From an uncultured Gammaproteobacteria bacterium (GTDB lineage Bacteria; Patescibacteriota; Patescibacteriia; Patescibacteriales; JAGXOH01), in contig CAZEHL010000003.1 of assembly GCA_964512155.1 (NCBI GenBank), forward strand, positions 1 through 33,616: 33,616 nucleotides of DNA, written 5' to 3'. Position numbers and translations under genes: made by a program. This document shows positions 6,510-14,498 of the stretch, piece by piece. The stretch's first letter is position 1; every line of letters starts with the position of its first letter. The notes beneath the pieces are model-generated. The model was not told the DNA's origin, did not search any database, and was given only the letters and a program-made list of their open reading frames with translations.

Positions 6510-8274
6510 GATCCAATATTTCTTTTGGTGTTTTTATTTCCGGATCGCCTTTGTAATAAACTTGTCCATCCCCGACAACGGATTCCAAGGTTGAGCTGGC
6601 GTTAACTTGCGCCGTACCGTTACCCATCATGTTTACATTAACCTTATTAGCTTTCATTTCGAAAGCGAACAGATCCGAATGTCTTCTAAGATCCGCGTTC
6701 AATATATCGGTCAAGCCGCTCATATGCGCTTCAGCATGGTCATCCAGGAATATCTTTGCATTTTTCGAAATTATATCATTCGCATTCAGATCTCCGAACC
6801 CGTCCATAGTCAGCATAAGGTCGGTTGATGTTCCTGTTAGTTCCAAATCCGCATTGCCTGCTATTTTTATATCCTGATATGCATTGTATAACTCGGCCTC
6901 TACATCGGCCACTCTATCGGCTATGATTTTTATTTTTTCATTGTTAAATCCGACTATTTTCGCATCCGAGGCGCTCCCGGCATTTAAATATTTCAGGCTC
7001 GGCATGGTGATGTCGATCTTTACGGGCCTGTCATAACAAAAAATGCATATGCCGTTCTCTCGGTCTTTGCTTATTGACAACTCTCCGTTTGCAACGTTCA
7101 GATCCAGTCCTTCAAGGTCGCTTTCCCTACCGGTAAGCGATACTGAAAAATCATCGGCTTTATTTACTGTAACCCTGTTATTGTCCTCTATTGATATCCG
7201 GTTAAAATCTTTCAGATCTTTGGTCAATGTTATACCTTTTTCATTCATCGATCTGTCCACGCTCTCTCCGATGCGGGGAGCCACCTCCACCGCCACTAGG
7301 CTGAAAATCAATAACGCTATCATCCAGACGCCCACCAATGCGCCGGTGGAAAGAGTGGTAAAGATATTTTTTCTTTTAGCGAGGGATAAGCCTATTAAAA
7401 GAAATATTATGGCGGGAATTAGCAAGATAACATAAAAAGAGATCAGTCCTGTATAATATTGCGATGATGTCAGTATTTCACCCCAAGATATCTCTGAATT
7501 TATGTAAGCGGAGTTGATGTCAAAGAAAAATACCCCCAGAAGGAATGTAGCGACACCCAGTACGAATACATTGATAACTATAATGAATATTCCGGCGGTA
7601 ACCACCAGCGCGGGCCAAACTTTTTTGGCAAAATTCCCGAACACTTCGAACAGGCCGTTAATTATATTCAAGGGAGCGGACCTTAATTTAGCCTTTGTTT
7701 CAGGGTCAGCAACCTTGTTTTTAAAATTTTCTTCTATTTTTTTAAGCGTGACCGAATCTCCCTTCATTTCGAGTTTTTGGGCATTTGTTTCCGCCTTTGG
7801 CATGGCTATCCATAGAACAATATAGGCGAGAACGCTGGTGCCGTAAAACAGAAATGAAATAACGAATAATACCCGAAAGATCACGGGGTCGATATTAAAG
7901 TATGCTCCAAGGCCGGAGCAAACCCCGGCTAGAACCGCATTGTCGGGATCTCTGTAAAGTCTTTTGGCTACCTCTTGGCTACCACCTTCTTCTGAAGATG
8001 TATTTTCCGCCTCTTCGGCGATATCTTGCACCGAGCCCATGATCTCAATGATCTCCTTTACGTCCTTTGTTGTTATAACTTTCTTCTTGCTTGATATTTT
8101 AGAAGAGAATTTGTCCGCGATATTGCTTTCAATATCACCTATTATCTCGTCCCTGCCTTCAACTTCGGAAAAGTGTTGCTTGATGGAATCGAGATAATTA
8201 TTCAGCTTTTCATATCCGTCCTCTTCGATATGGAATATCATACCGTTAAGGGTGATTGAGATTGTTTTGTTCAT
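6472..8274 (-). CDS. PspC-domain membrane protein with C-terminal DUF2807/DUF4097-like beta-rich domain
   Basis: PspC motif LYRDPDNAVLAGVCSGLGAYFNIDPVIFRVLFVI, several TM helices, and a repetitive beta-rich C-terminus. It starts 16 nt downstream of the padR stop, so an operon is likely. Confidence 0.8.
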   Translation of the reverse strand: MNKTISITLNGMIFHIEEDGYEKLNNYLDSIKQHFSEVEGRDEIIGDIESNIADKFSSKISSKKKVITTKDVKEIIEIMGSVQDIAEEAENTSSEEGGSQEVAKRLYRDPDNAVLAGVCSGLGAYFNIDPVIFRVLFVISFLFYGTSVLAYIVLWIAMPKAETNAQKLEMKGDSVTLKKIEENFKNKVADPETKAKLRSAPLNIINGLFEVFGNFAKKVWPALVVTAGIFIIVINVFVLGVATFLLGVFFFDINSAYINSEISWGEILTSSQYYTGLISFYVILLIPAIIFLLIGLSLAKRKNIFTTLSTGALVGVWMIALLIFSLVAVEVAPRIGESVDRSMNEKGITLTKDLKDFNRISIEDNNRVTVNKADDFSVSLTGRESDLEGLDLNVANGELSISKDRENGICIFCYDRPVKIDITMPSLKYLNAGSASDAKIVGFNNEKIKIIADRVADVEAELYNAYQDIKIAGNADLELTGTSTDLMLTMDGFGDLNANDIISKNAKIFLDDHAEAHMSGLTDILNADLRRHSDLFAFEMKANKVNVNMMGNGTAQVNASSTLESVVGDGQVYYKGDPEIKTPKEILDQNDAEPEKPIKY

Positions 8275-8290
8275 ATCGGTTTTTTAAGTT

Positions 8291-8647
8291 TTATGAATGT
8301 TTATTATTTTTGATCAATGATGTTATGGATTTATTTATTTTTGCCCAAGATGCTTTCAATTCCTTGAGTGATTGTTTTCCCTTGTCTGTGAGAAAGTAAT
8401 ATTTTCTTGGAGGGCCGCTTTTTGACTCTTCCCAGTGATATTGTAATAATCCCGAATTCTTCAGTCTTGTCAGAATAGGGTAGAGAGTGCCTTCCATTAC
8501 TATCAGGTCGGCCTGTTTGAGCTTTTTTAGTATATCAGAAGCATAGGCTTTTTTCCCCGATATAACCAAGAGAATGCAAAACTCCAATATACCTTTTCTC
8601 ATTTGCGCCTTGGTGTTTTCAGTATCTTTGTTTATTTTTTCGGTCAT
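8291..8647 (-). CDS. padR: PadR-family transcriptional regulator
   Basis: Winged-helix signature EGTLYPILTRLKNSGLLQYHWEESKSGPPRKYYFLTDKGK. Confidence 0.85.
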   Translation of the reverse strand: MTEKINKDTENTKAQMRKGILEFCILLVISGKKAYASDILKKLKQADLIVMEGTLYPILTRLKNSGLLQYHWEESKSGPPRKYYFLTDKGKQSLKELKASWAKINKSITSLIKNNKHS

Positions 8648-8773
8648 ATAAATCGTTTTGAATAATTAATGATTTATAATGTAACACAATATACTATGCA
8701 ATACAAGGTACTTGGTTGTGGAAAACTTTGTTTATCGCGACAGAGGCATCTTTATAGATATTGATGCTCAAAA

Positions 8774-8802
8774 TTGACCCGGTAAAAGTTAAGTGGTAGT
8801 AT
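8774..8802 (+). promoter_or_regulatory. Sigma70-like promoter with extended -10
   Basis: TTGACC (8774-8779), 17-nt spacer, TGg TAGTAT (8794-8802). Same AAATTGACCC ... GGTA-TAT layout as the promoter at 956-984. Confidence 0.5.
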
Positions 8803-8910
8803 TGAATCAATATTAGCCTGATAATGATCCTTTCGTGATAAAAATTTAATTTAATTATTTATATTTTTACACCTTTGAAGACGAACAAAAAAGTGGTGGT
8901 GAACGATAAA

Positions 8911-9393
8911 ATGCAACAAAATTATGAGTACGAACTTGTTGAGCCTCAAGGCAAGAATTACCGCCCCGATTTTAAACCGGACCTGACTCCCAAGCAGATG
9001 CTGGGACTGGGTGTTTTCGGGGGTGTCTATATGCGCGATTGTCGAGAAGAATTCCCGGCGGAATGGTTCAACAACGCAAATTTTGCCCCCGGGGACACCA
9101 AAAAACATGTGGCAGAGATCAATTACTTTAAAATAAATGCCAGCCAACCCTTGAGGGTATGGAGAGAGAAGGGCTGGATCCATCCGGATGATCCCCGCGG
9201 GTGGTTCCAATGGTACTGCCGTTATTATATGGGCAGAAGGCACGAGGATGATGAAAGGCAGATAAAGAGGTGGAAAGCCTTTAAGCGCCATTGGTCGGCG
9301 GTGGAGAAGAATTGTTTGCAAGGGGATTATGGTTGTAGGCGTAAACAGAGGCAGGCTTTGCTTCATTGGGCTTATAATTCAAGAAAAATATAG
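8911..9393 (+). CDS. Conserved hypothetical protein (Trp/Arg-rich; family not recognised)
   Basis: ORF 8875..9393 opens with TTG. The first ATG is at 8911. The composition looks protein-like, with the block GWIHPDDPRGWFQWYCRYYMGRRHEDDERQIKRWKAFKRHW. The mirror ORF on the minus strand looks like a composition artefact. Confidence 0.6.
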   Translation: MQQNYEYELVEPQGKNYRPDFKPDLTPKQMLGLGVFGGVYMRDCREEFPAEWFNNANFAPGDTKKHVAEINYFKINASQPLRVWREKGWIHPDDPRGWFQWYCRYYMGRRHEDDERQIKRWKAFKRHWSAVEKNCLQGDYGCRRKQRQALLHWAYNSRKI

Positions 9394-9430
9394 AATCATA
9401 AACCGATAAATTATTGAAATATTGTACATA

Positions 9431-9464
9431 ATAAATGTATCACACTATAGTGTGATACATTTAT
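9431..9464. terminator. 34-nt perfect palindrome, family member 3; putative bidirectional terminator between convergent genes
   Basis: ATAAATGTATCACACTA|TAGTGTGATACATTTAT. It shares the AAATGT-TCACACT core with members 1 and 2 and is followed by TTTTCC. Confidence 0.55.
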
Positions 9465-9488
9465 TTTCCAAATTTATTTTTTAAGAAG

Positions 9489-11285
9489 TTATTGTTTTTT
9501 CTTGCCGGCCCGATTACGTTCATTTTCGGTTAGATGTTGTTTTCTTAACCTCACGCTACTCGGGGTTATTTCCAAAAATTCATCATCTTTCATAATTCCT
9601 ATGCCTCTTTCGATGTCCAGTTTGACCGGCGGATTCAAGTTAATGGCTTCATCAGAGCCGGAAGCTCGAACATTGGTCAGCTGTTTTCCTTTGGTGGGAT
9701 TGACGGCCATATCGATCCCTTTGGCCGTGTCTCCTATTACCATGCCTTCATAAACTTGGGTATTGGGTTCAATATATAGAGTTCCTCTGTCCTGGAGATT
9801 AAAGAGAGAAAAGGCCAAAACTTTACCGGTGGCCATGGATATCATCGATCCTTCACTTCTTTTTTTGATCTCTCCGGTGTGGGGCTTGAATCCGATCACT
9901 CTGGAATACATTATTCCTTCTCCTTTGGTGTCTATAACAAATTCATTCCGATAACCCAGTAGCCCCCTGGAAGGGATCTCAAAAACTATCCTGCTGTTGC
10001 CTCCGTCCTCTTTTTTGATTTCCATCATGGTTCCGTTCCGGCCGGATAATTTTTCTATCACCGAACCGGACATTTCTTCCGGCACATTTATAATAACCTC
10101 TTCAAACGGCTCCAATTTTTGCCCGTTTTCTTCTTTGATAATAACGTGCGGTTGGGAAATTTGGATCTCATATCCTTCGCGCCTCATATTTTCCAATAAT
10201 ATGGCGATATGCATTTCGCCCCTTCCTTGTATTTTGTAATAACCGGGTTGAGAAAAATCTATCTTTAAACCGACATTGACTTCGATCTCTTTTTCCAGCC
10301 TTTCTTTGATCTGCCTGTTGGTAACATACTTGCCTTCTTTGCCGGCAAAAGGGGAGTCATTGATGAATAGGTTGAAAGATATAGTGGGTTCATCGATGTT
10401 TATGGCCGGCAGTCTTTCCTGTTCTCGGTTTTCGCAAATGGTTTCTCCGATAAATATATTCGGAAGACCGGCTATGATCACAATATCTCCGGCGCCGGCG
10501 GAATCAACTTCTTTTCTTTTTTGGCCTTCAAAAGTGAACAGCTTGGTGACTTTGCCGGCGCGATCGCCTCCTTCTTTATCTTTAACAATAACTTCAGAAG
10601 CGGTTTTTATTTCTCCCTGATAGATCCTGCCGATGGCCAATCTTCCCAAAAAGTTGTCATAAGCCAAGTTAAAGGGCTGTATCAGTAAAGGTTTTTCTTT
10701 TAATTCCTTTCCGGAGGAGAGAGGGGATTTTTCTATAATAACATCCAAAAGAGGGTTTAGGTCGCCGGACTCGTCTTCCGGGTTATGTTTGGCTATTCCT
10801 TGCTTGGCTATGGTGTAAACAGTGGTGAAATCAAGCTGTTCATCATCGGCCCCCAGATCCAAAAACAATTCATATACCATTTCTTCAACTTCTTTCGGTT
10901 TGGCGGCCGGCTTATCTATCTTATTGATAACCACTATCGGCTTTAACCCCAGATCAAGGGATTTTTTCAATACGAATTTGGTTTGGGGCATGGGCCCTTC
11001 CTGGGCGTCCACGATCAGCACCACCGAATCAATAGAACGCAGCACCCTCTCCACTTCCGATCCGAAATCGGCATGTCCCGGAGTGTCCACAATGTTTATT
11101 TTGGTATCTTGATAATAAATGGAAGTATTTTTGGAATAAATGGTGATCCCTCTTTCTTGTTCCAAGGAGTCGCTGTCCATGCCGGAGCCGTCCTCAAACA
11201 TGCCGGTTTGCCGCATTAAGGAATCGGTTAAAGCGGTTTTGCCGTGGTCCACGTGGGCTATAATGGCGATATTCATTATTTTCAT
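9489..11285 (-). CDS. typA: Translational GTPase TypA/BipA
   Basis: G1 AHVDHGKT, G3 DTPGHADF, G4 NKID, and full-length collinearity with the TypA domain order (598 aa). Confidence 0.95.
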   Translation of the reverse strand: MKIMNIAIIAHVDHGKTALTDSLMRQTGMFEDGSGMDSDSLEQERGITIYSKNTSIYYQDTKINIVDTPGHADFGSEVERVLRSIDSVVLIVDAQEGPMPQTKFVLKKSLDLGLKPIVVINKIDKPAAKPKEVEEMVYELFLDLGADDEQLDFTTVYTIAKQGIAKHNPEDESGDLNPLLDVIIEKSPLSSGKELKEKPLLIQPFNLAYDNFLGRLAIGRIYQGEIKTASEVIVKDKEGGDRAGKVTKLFTFEGQKRKEVDSAGAGDIVIIAGLPNIFIGETICENREQERLPAINIDEPTISFNLFINDSPFAGKEGKYVTNRQIKERLEKEIEVNVGLKIDFSQPGYYKIQGRGEMHIAILLENMRREGYEIQISQPHVIIKEENGQKLEPFEEVIINVPEEMSGSVIEKLSGRNGTMMEIKKEDGGNSRIVFEIPSRGLLGYRNEFVIDTKGEGIMYSRVIGFKPHTGEIKKRSEGSMISMATGKVLAFSLFNLQDRGTLYIEPNTQVYEGMVIGDTAKGIDMAVNPTKGKQLTNVRASGSDEAINLNPPVKLDIERGIGIMKDDEFLEITPSSVRLRKQHLTENERNRAGKKKQ

Positions 11286-11358
11286 ACAAACTAAAAGCCT
11301 CTTTTGAAAAGAGGGTGAATTAAATTTATTAAATAACCTCTTTTAGGTCACCCAATTA

Positions 11359-11387
11359 TTTATACTACATAACTTAAGATCAGTCAA
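11359..11387 (-). promoter_or_regulatory. Sigma70-like promoter for typA
   Basis: On the minus strand: TTGACT (complement of 11382-11387), 17-nt spacer, TATAAA (complement of 11359-11364). Confidence 0.45.
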
Positions 11388-11401
11388 CACAGAGCTATTT
11401 G

Positions 11402-11430
11402 TTACCTTTTTAGTTAAAATTCGTTATAAT
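11402..11430 (+). promoter_or_regulatory. Sigma70-like promoter for the second PspC-domain gene
   Basis: TTACCT (11402-11407), 17-nt spacer, TATAAT (11425-11430). Confidence 0.45.
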
Positions 11431-11481
11431 TAAATAAGAGGGTTTTTTGTAGAAAATATGAATGATTATTAAGACAACAAT

Positions 11482-12312
11482 ATGAAAAAATTAAAAAGAA
11501 GTGACAAAAATAGGGTTTTAGCCGGTGTTTTCGGCGGGTTGGGGGAATATTTTGACGTGGATCCCAATATTTTAAGGCTCATCGGACTCTTTCTTTTTAT
11601 TTGGAGCGGATTCTTTGCTTTTTTAGTGGTTTATGTTATCGCCATTTTCATTATTCCTCTATCAAGTGAAAGATCTAAAGACGGAAAGCAAGAAGCCGGC
11701 GGGAGCGCCTGGTGGGTCTGGTTGCTTATCTTGTTTTTGATAGCGATATTGGTTTTCCCGTTTTTAATGTTTTTTGGCTTTCGTTCTTTTATGCATTCTG
11801 TTGATGTGCCCGGTTTTAGTCCTTCCGGCATCGAATGGAATATAGGAGAAAAGGGAAGCCAAGTGAACATGAGAGCTGATGATCCGATGGTCCGCCGGGC
11901 TACTGAAAAGACCTTGGTCCGCCTTCCGGAGATACAAAGAGCTGAAATTAACAATTATTTGGAAGACAATATTATATCCGCCAACTTTGAGGGAGAGATC
12001 TTTGCCGATCATTATACATTCGGACAAGACTCAGAAAATGTTTACATATGGGCTTATATCTCAGAGTATTATAAAGAGAACGGAGAGTTAAAACAGGGAA
12101 CGGCCGCTTCTTTACCTATGGCTGTTCATCTTGAAGGAGAAAAAGTAATCGGCTATGAGATCCCCGGAGACGGTTCTCATTATTCCAGGGATATCAGAAA
12201 AATTTTCCCGGCCGATCTTCAAGATCCGATTTTAAATTTTCAATCAAGATACAAAACAGTGCTTGAAAAATTTGATAGCTCATTAAGAGAAGAAGCGGAA
12301 AAAGAACTTTAA
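11482..12312 (+). CDS. PspC-domain membrane protein with unknown extracytoplasmic C-terminal domain
   Basis: N-terminal PspC motif RVLAGVFGGLGEYFDVDPNILRLIGLFLFI, followed by TM helices. Confidence 0.75.
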   Translation: MKKLKRSDKNRVLAGVFGGLGEYFDVDPNILRLIGLFLFIWSGFFAFLVVYVIAIFIIPLSSERSKDGKQEAGGSAWWVWLLILFLIAILVFPFLMFFGFRSFMHSVDVPGFSPSGIEWNIGEKGSQVNMRADDPMVRRATEKTLVRLPEIQRAEINNYLEDNIISANFEGEIFADHYTFGQDSENVYIWAYISEYYKENGELKQGTAASLPMAVHLEGEKVIGYEIPGDGSHYSRDIRKIFPADLQDPILNFQSRYKTVLEKFDSSLREEAEKEL

Positions 12313-12369
12313 GTTTTTGGCAAAAAGCAAGTGTAGGTTATTTTATTTTTTGTGTGTTATAATATTAAA

Positions 12370-12948
12370 ATGAATGTTATAACAAGACACAAAAAATTTT
12401 GGTCGCTTTTTTTACTGATATTGGCGTGGATAGGAGTGCTTTCTTTTGTTTCTCCTTCGGAAATAGTGGAGATGATCGGGGTAAAAACAGGGTATCTTAT
12501 TATTTTTATAACCGCCTTGTTGGGTATTTCCGGATTTGCTTCAGCTCCTTTTTATGCTTCCTTGTTTACTTTGTCCGCCAGTGGCGAACTTAATCTTTTC
12601 TTTGTTTTATTGATAGCTTCACCGGCCAGGACCGTGGGTGATATTTTGTTTTTTACATTGGGGCATCACGGACATTCCGTGATCAGGGATAATACTTTTA
12701 TAGGCAAAAAAATAAAAGATTTTTCTTTGTGGCTTTTCGGGAAACCGTATTGGATCGTTTTATTCTTTTCCTATTTATATACTTCGGCCGCCCCTTTTCC
12801 CAAAGATTTTTTAATGATAGGTTTGGGGGTGGGAAGATTAAAATTGCGCGATGTTATAATTGTAGCTTTACTGGGTAATGCCACGTTCATCGCTTTGGTT
12901 TATTTTTTTGCCATAGGCGTTATCCCCGACTTGCCGATGATCTTATAA
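12370..12948 (+). CDS. Polytopic membrane protein, unknown function (possibly DedA/VTT-like)
   Basis: ORF 12352..12948 opens with GTG. I prefer the ATG at 12370, which lies 7 nt after an extended -10 TGtTATAAT (12355-12363), so the mRNA may be leaderless. About 5 hydrophobic helices. Confidence 0.6.
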   Translation: MNVITRHKKFWSLFLLILAWIGVLSFVSPSEIVEMIGVKTGYLIIFITALLGISGFASAPFYASLFTLSASGELNLFFVLLIASPARTVGDILFFTLGHHGHSVIRDNTFIGKKIKDFSLWLFGKPYWIVLFFSYLYTSAAPFPKDFLMIGLGVGRLKLRDVIIVALLGNATFIALVYFFAIGVIPDLPMIL

Positions 12949-13033
12949 ATATTTTTAAAATTAGTGAAAAGATCTAACAAATGATCATTGTCATATTTCA
13001 GAATCAAACATTAAAAATAATAAAACCAAATTT

Positions 13034-14065
13034 ATGAGAATCGTAAAAATAATTTTTCCAATTTTGGGAACGTTGATCATTGTCGGTTTGATTATAGCCG
13101 GCGCCATATATCTTTCCAACAACGAGTCTGTTGACAACGATGGCGATAAAAACCGAAACGGAGAACGGAACGGAGAGGGGATAAACATAGATACAAGCGA
13201 TTGGGAGACTTATAGAAACGAAGAATATGGATTCTCTCTTCGTTATCCGAGTGGTTGGAAGATACATGAAGAAACCGATCATCCGGTATCGGTTATGTTC
13301 AATTTTTATAAGCCGTCGGAGGAAATAGGGGATCCTCCTTATGACCATCATTCCTCGGATGTAACTCATGTTTCGGTTTTTCCGGAAGGCATTCCCAAAG
13401 AAGGCATCTTTGGAGAATCTGTTGCAAGCGGGGTTGATTTTAAAGAAGAGGTTGTTGAACCCAAAGATTATGTATTGGCCGGTGATACGCCTTTTGCCAC
13501 AAAAGCCGATCTTTCTTCTCCTCCGGCCGAATGGAATGAATCGGCTTTCATATTCGCCAATACCCCCATTTCTAATTTGGAGGTTAAATGCAAAAACAAC
13601 GGAGAGGTTACCTCAAAGGAAGAGTGTGATGTTATGATGGGTGACACTCCGGTCAGGTATGGCAATATAAACGAGATAGACAGGGCGGTGGAGGTGGCCA
13701 TTCTGGAATCCTTTGAATTTATAGAGACAGATAACGGTGAAGATGATCTTATTAGAACTCTTCAGCCGGAGGAAGGCGATATTGTTTCCAGTCCGATCAA
13801 AGTTTCCGGTGAAGCCAGGGGCAACTGGTATTTTGAAGCAACCTTCCCTGTAAGAGTGGAAGATGCCAACGGAACAGTATTGGGAGAGCATTACGCCGAG
13901 ACCGAGGATGATTGGATGACCGAAGATTTTGTAAATTTTGAAAGCGAGTTTTCTTTTGAGGAGCCGGAAACCGCCACCGGTACCCTAATACTGGAAAAAG
14001 CCAATCCTTCCGGTTTGGAAGAAAATGCAGATGAAAGACGGATAACCATCCGCTTTAATGAGTAA
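13034..14065 (+). CDS. Membrane-anchored secreted protein with C-terminal Gmad2-type immunoglobulin-like domain
   Basis: N-terminal anchor IIFPILGTLIIVGLIIAGAIYL. The C-terminal block SPIKVSGEARGNWYFEATFPVRVEDANGTVLGE...DWMTEDFVNFESEF is typical of Gmad2. Confidence 0.7.
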   Translation: MRIVKIIFPILGTLIIVGLIIAGAIYLSNNESVDNDGDKNRNGERNGEGINIDTSDWETYRNEEYGFSLRYPSGWKIHEETDHPVSVMFNFYKPSEEIGDPPYDHHSSDVTHVSVFPEGIPKEGIFGESVASGVDFKEEVVEPKDYVLAGDTPFATKADLSSPPAEWNESAFIFANTPISNLEVKCKNNGEVTSKEECDVMMGDTPVRYGNINEIDRAVEVAILESFEFIETDNGEDDLIRTLQPEEGDIVSSPIKVSGEARGNWYFEATFPVRVEDANGTVLGEHYAETEDDWMTEDFVNFESEFSFEEPETATGTLILEKANPSGLEENADERRITIRFNE

Positions 14066-14073
14066 GTATTAAA

Positions 14074-14349
14074 ATGAAAAAATTTCAGAACCTGCCAAAA
14101 AAAACTAAAGTGTTTTTAACGGTTTTATCCGTGTTTTTATCTGTGCCTTTGGGAGCCGTGATCGGGGGTTTCCTCGGTTTAGTCTCGGTAACCTTTATTC
14201 CGGTCTGCTGTAATGATGCCGGATGCCATAATTGTTTTGAATTCAATGGAATGATAGGGTACGAAGCCACCGCTTTTTTGGGCTTTTGGGCCGGTGCGAT
14301 AATTGGCCCGATTTTGTGCACTATTTTTCTTATATATAAGTATAAATAG
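14074..14349 (+). CDS. Small two-TM membrane protein with Cys-rich loop
   Basis: 91 aa. Two hydrophobic helices flank CCNDAGCHNC. It starts 8 nt after the previous stop. Confidence 0.5.
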   Translation: MKKFQNLPKKTKVFLTVLSVFLSVPLGAVIGGFLGLVSVTFIPVCCNDAGCHNCFEFNGMIGYEATAFLGFWAGAIIGPILCTIFLIYKYK

Positions 14350-14442
14350 TAATTTACAGGGGGTTAAATTAAAAGTAAAATATCATAAAAAAAGATGTAG
14401 TTATATGTGTAAGAAGAATAATGGGCGGTTTTGTGTTTTGTA

Positions 14443-14490
14443 TTCAGTCTTGATACAATAGTTGTATTAAGACTGAATTTTTATTCTTTT
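14443..14490 (+). terminator. Intrinsic terminator upstream of the helicase gene
   Basis: Stem TTCAGTCTTGATACAA / TTGTATTAAGACTGAA (one G-U pair), 3-nt loop, then TTTTTATTCTTTTTT. Confidence 0.6.
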
Positions 14491-14498
14491 TTATTTTT

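Noticed and set aside
6607-8197. Plus-strand ORFs of 73-130 aa inside the PspC-domain gene
   Set aside because: They lie antisense to a 600-aa gene with a clear PspC motif and TM helices. Their translations are low-complexity and Ser/Ile/Phe-rich.
8851-9366. 171-aa minus-strand ORF mirroring the 8875..9393 gene
   Set aside because: The Pro/Leu/His/Ile-rich translation has no motif content. Long antisense ORFs are expected in locally G+C-richer DNA. The plus-strand product has a conserved-looking block, its own promoter and a downstream palindrome.
1377-9464. The three similar palindromes as a possible CRISPR array
   Set aside because: The copies are kilobases apart and are fully self-complementary. 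They sit at gene ends, and there are no regularly spaced spacers and no cas genes.
9502-11219. Several 63-114 aa plus-strand ORFs inside the typA region
   Set aside because: They lie antisense to a full-length, unmistakable TypA/BipA gene. Their translations are Ser/Pro/Ile-rich low-complexity strings typical of shadow ORFs.
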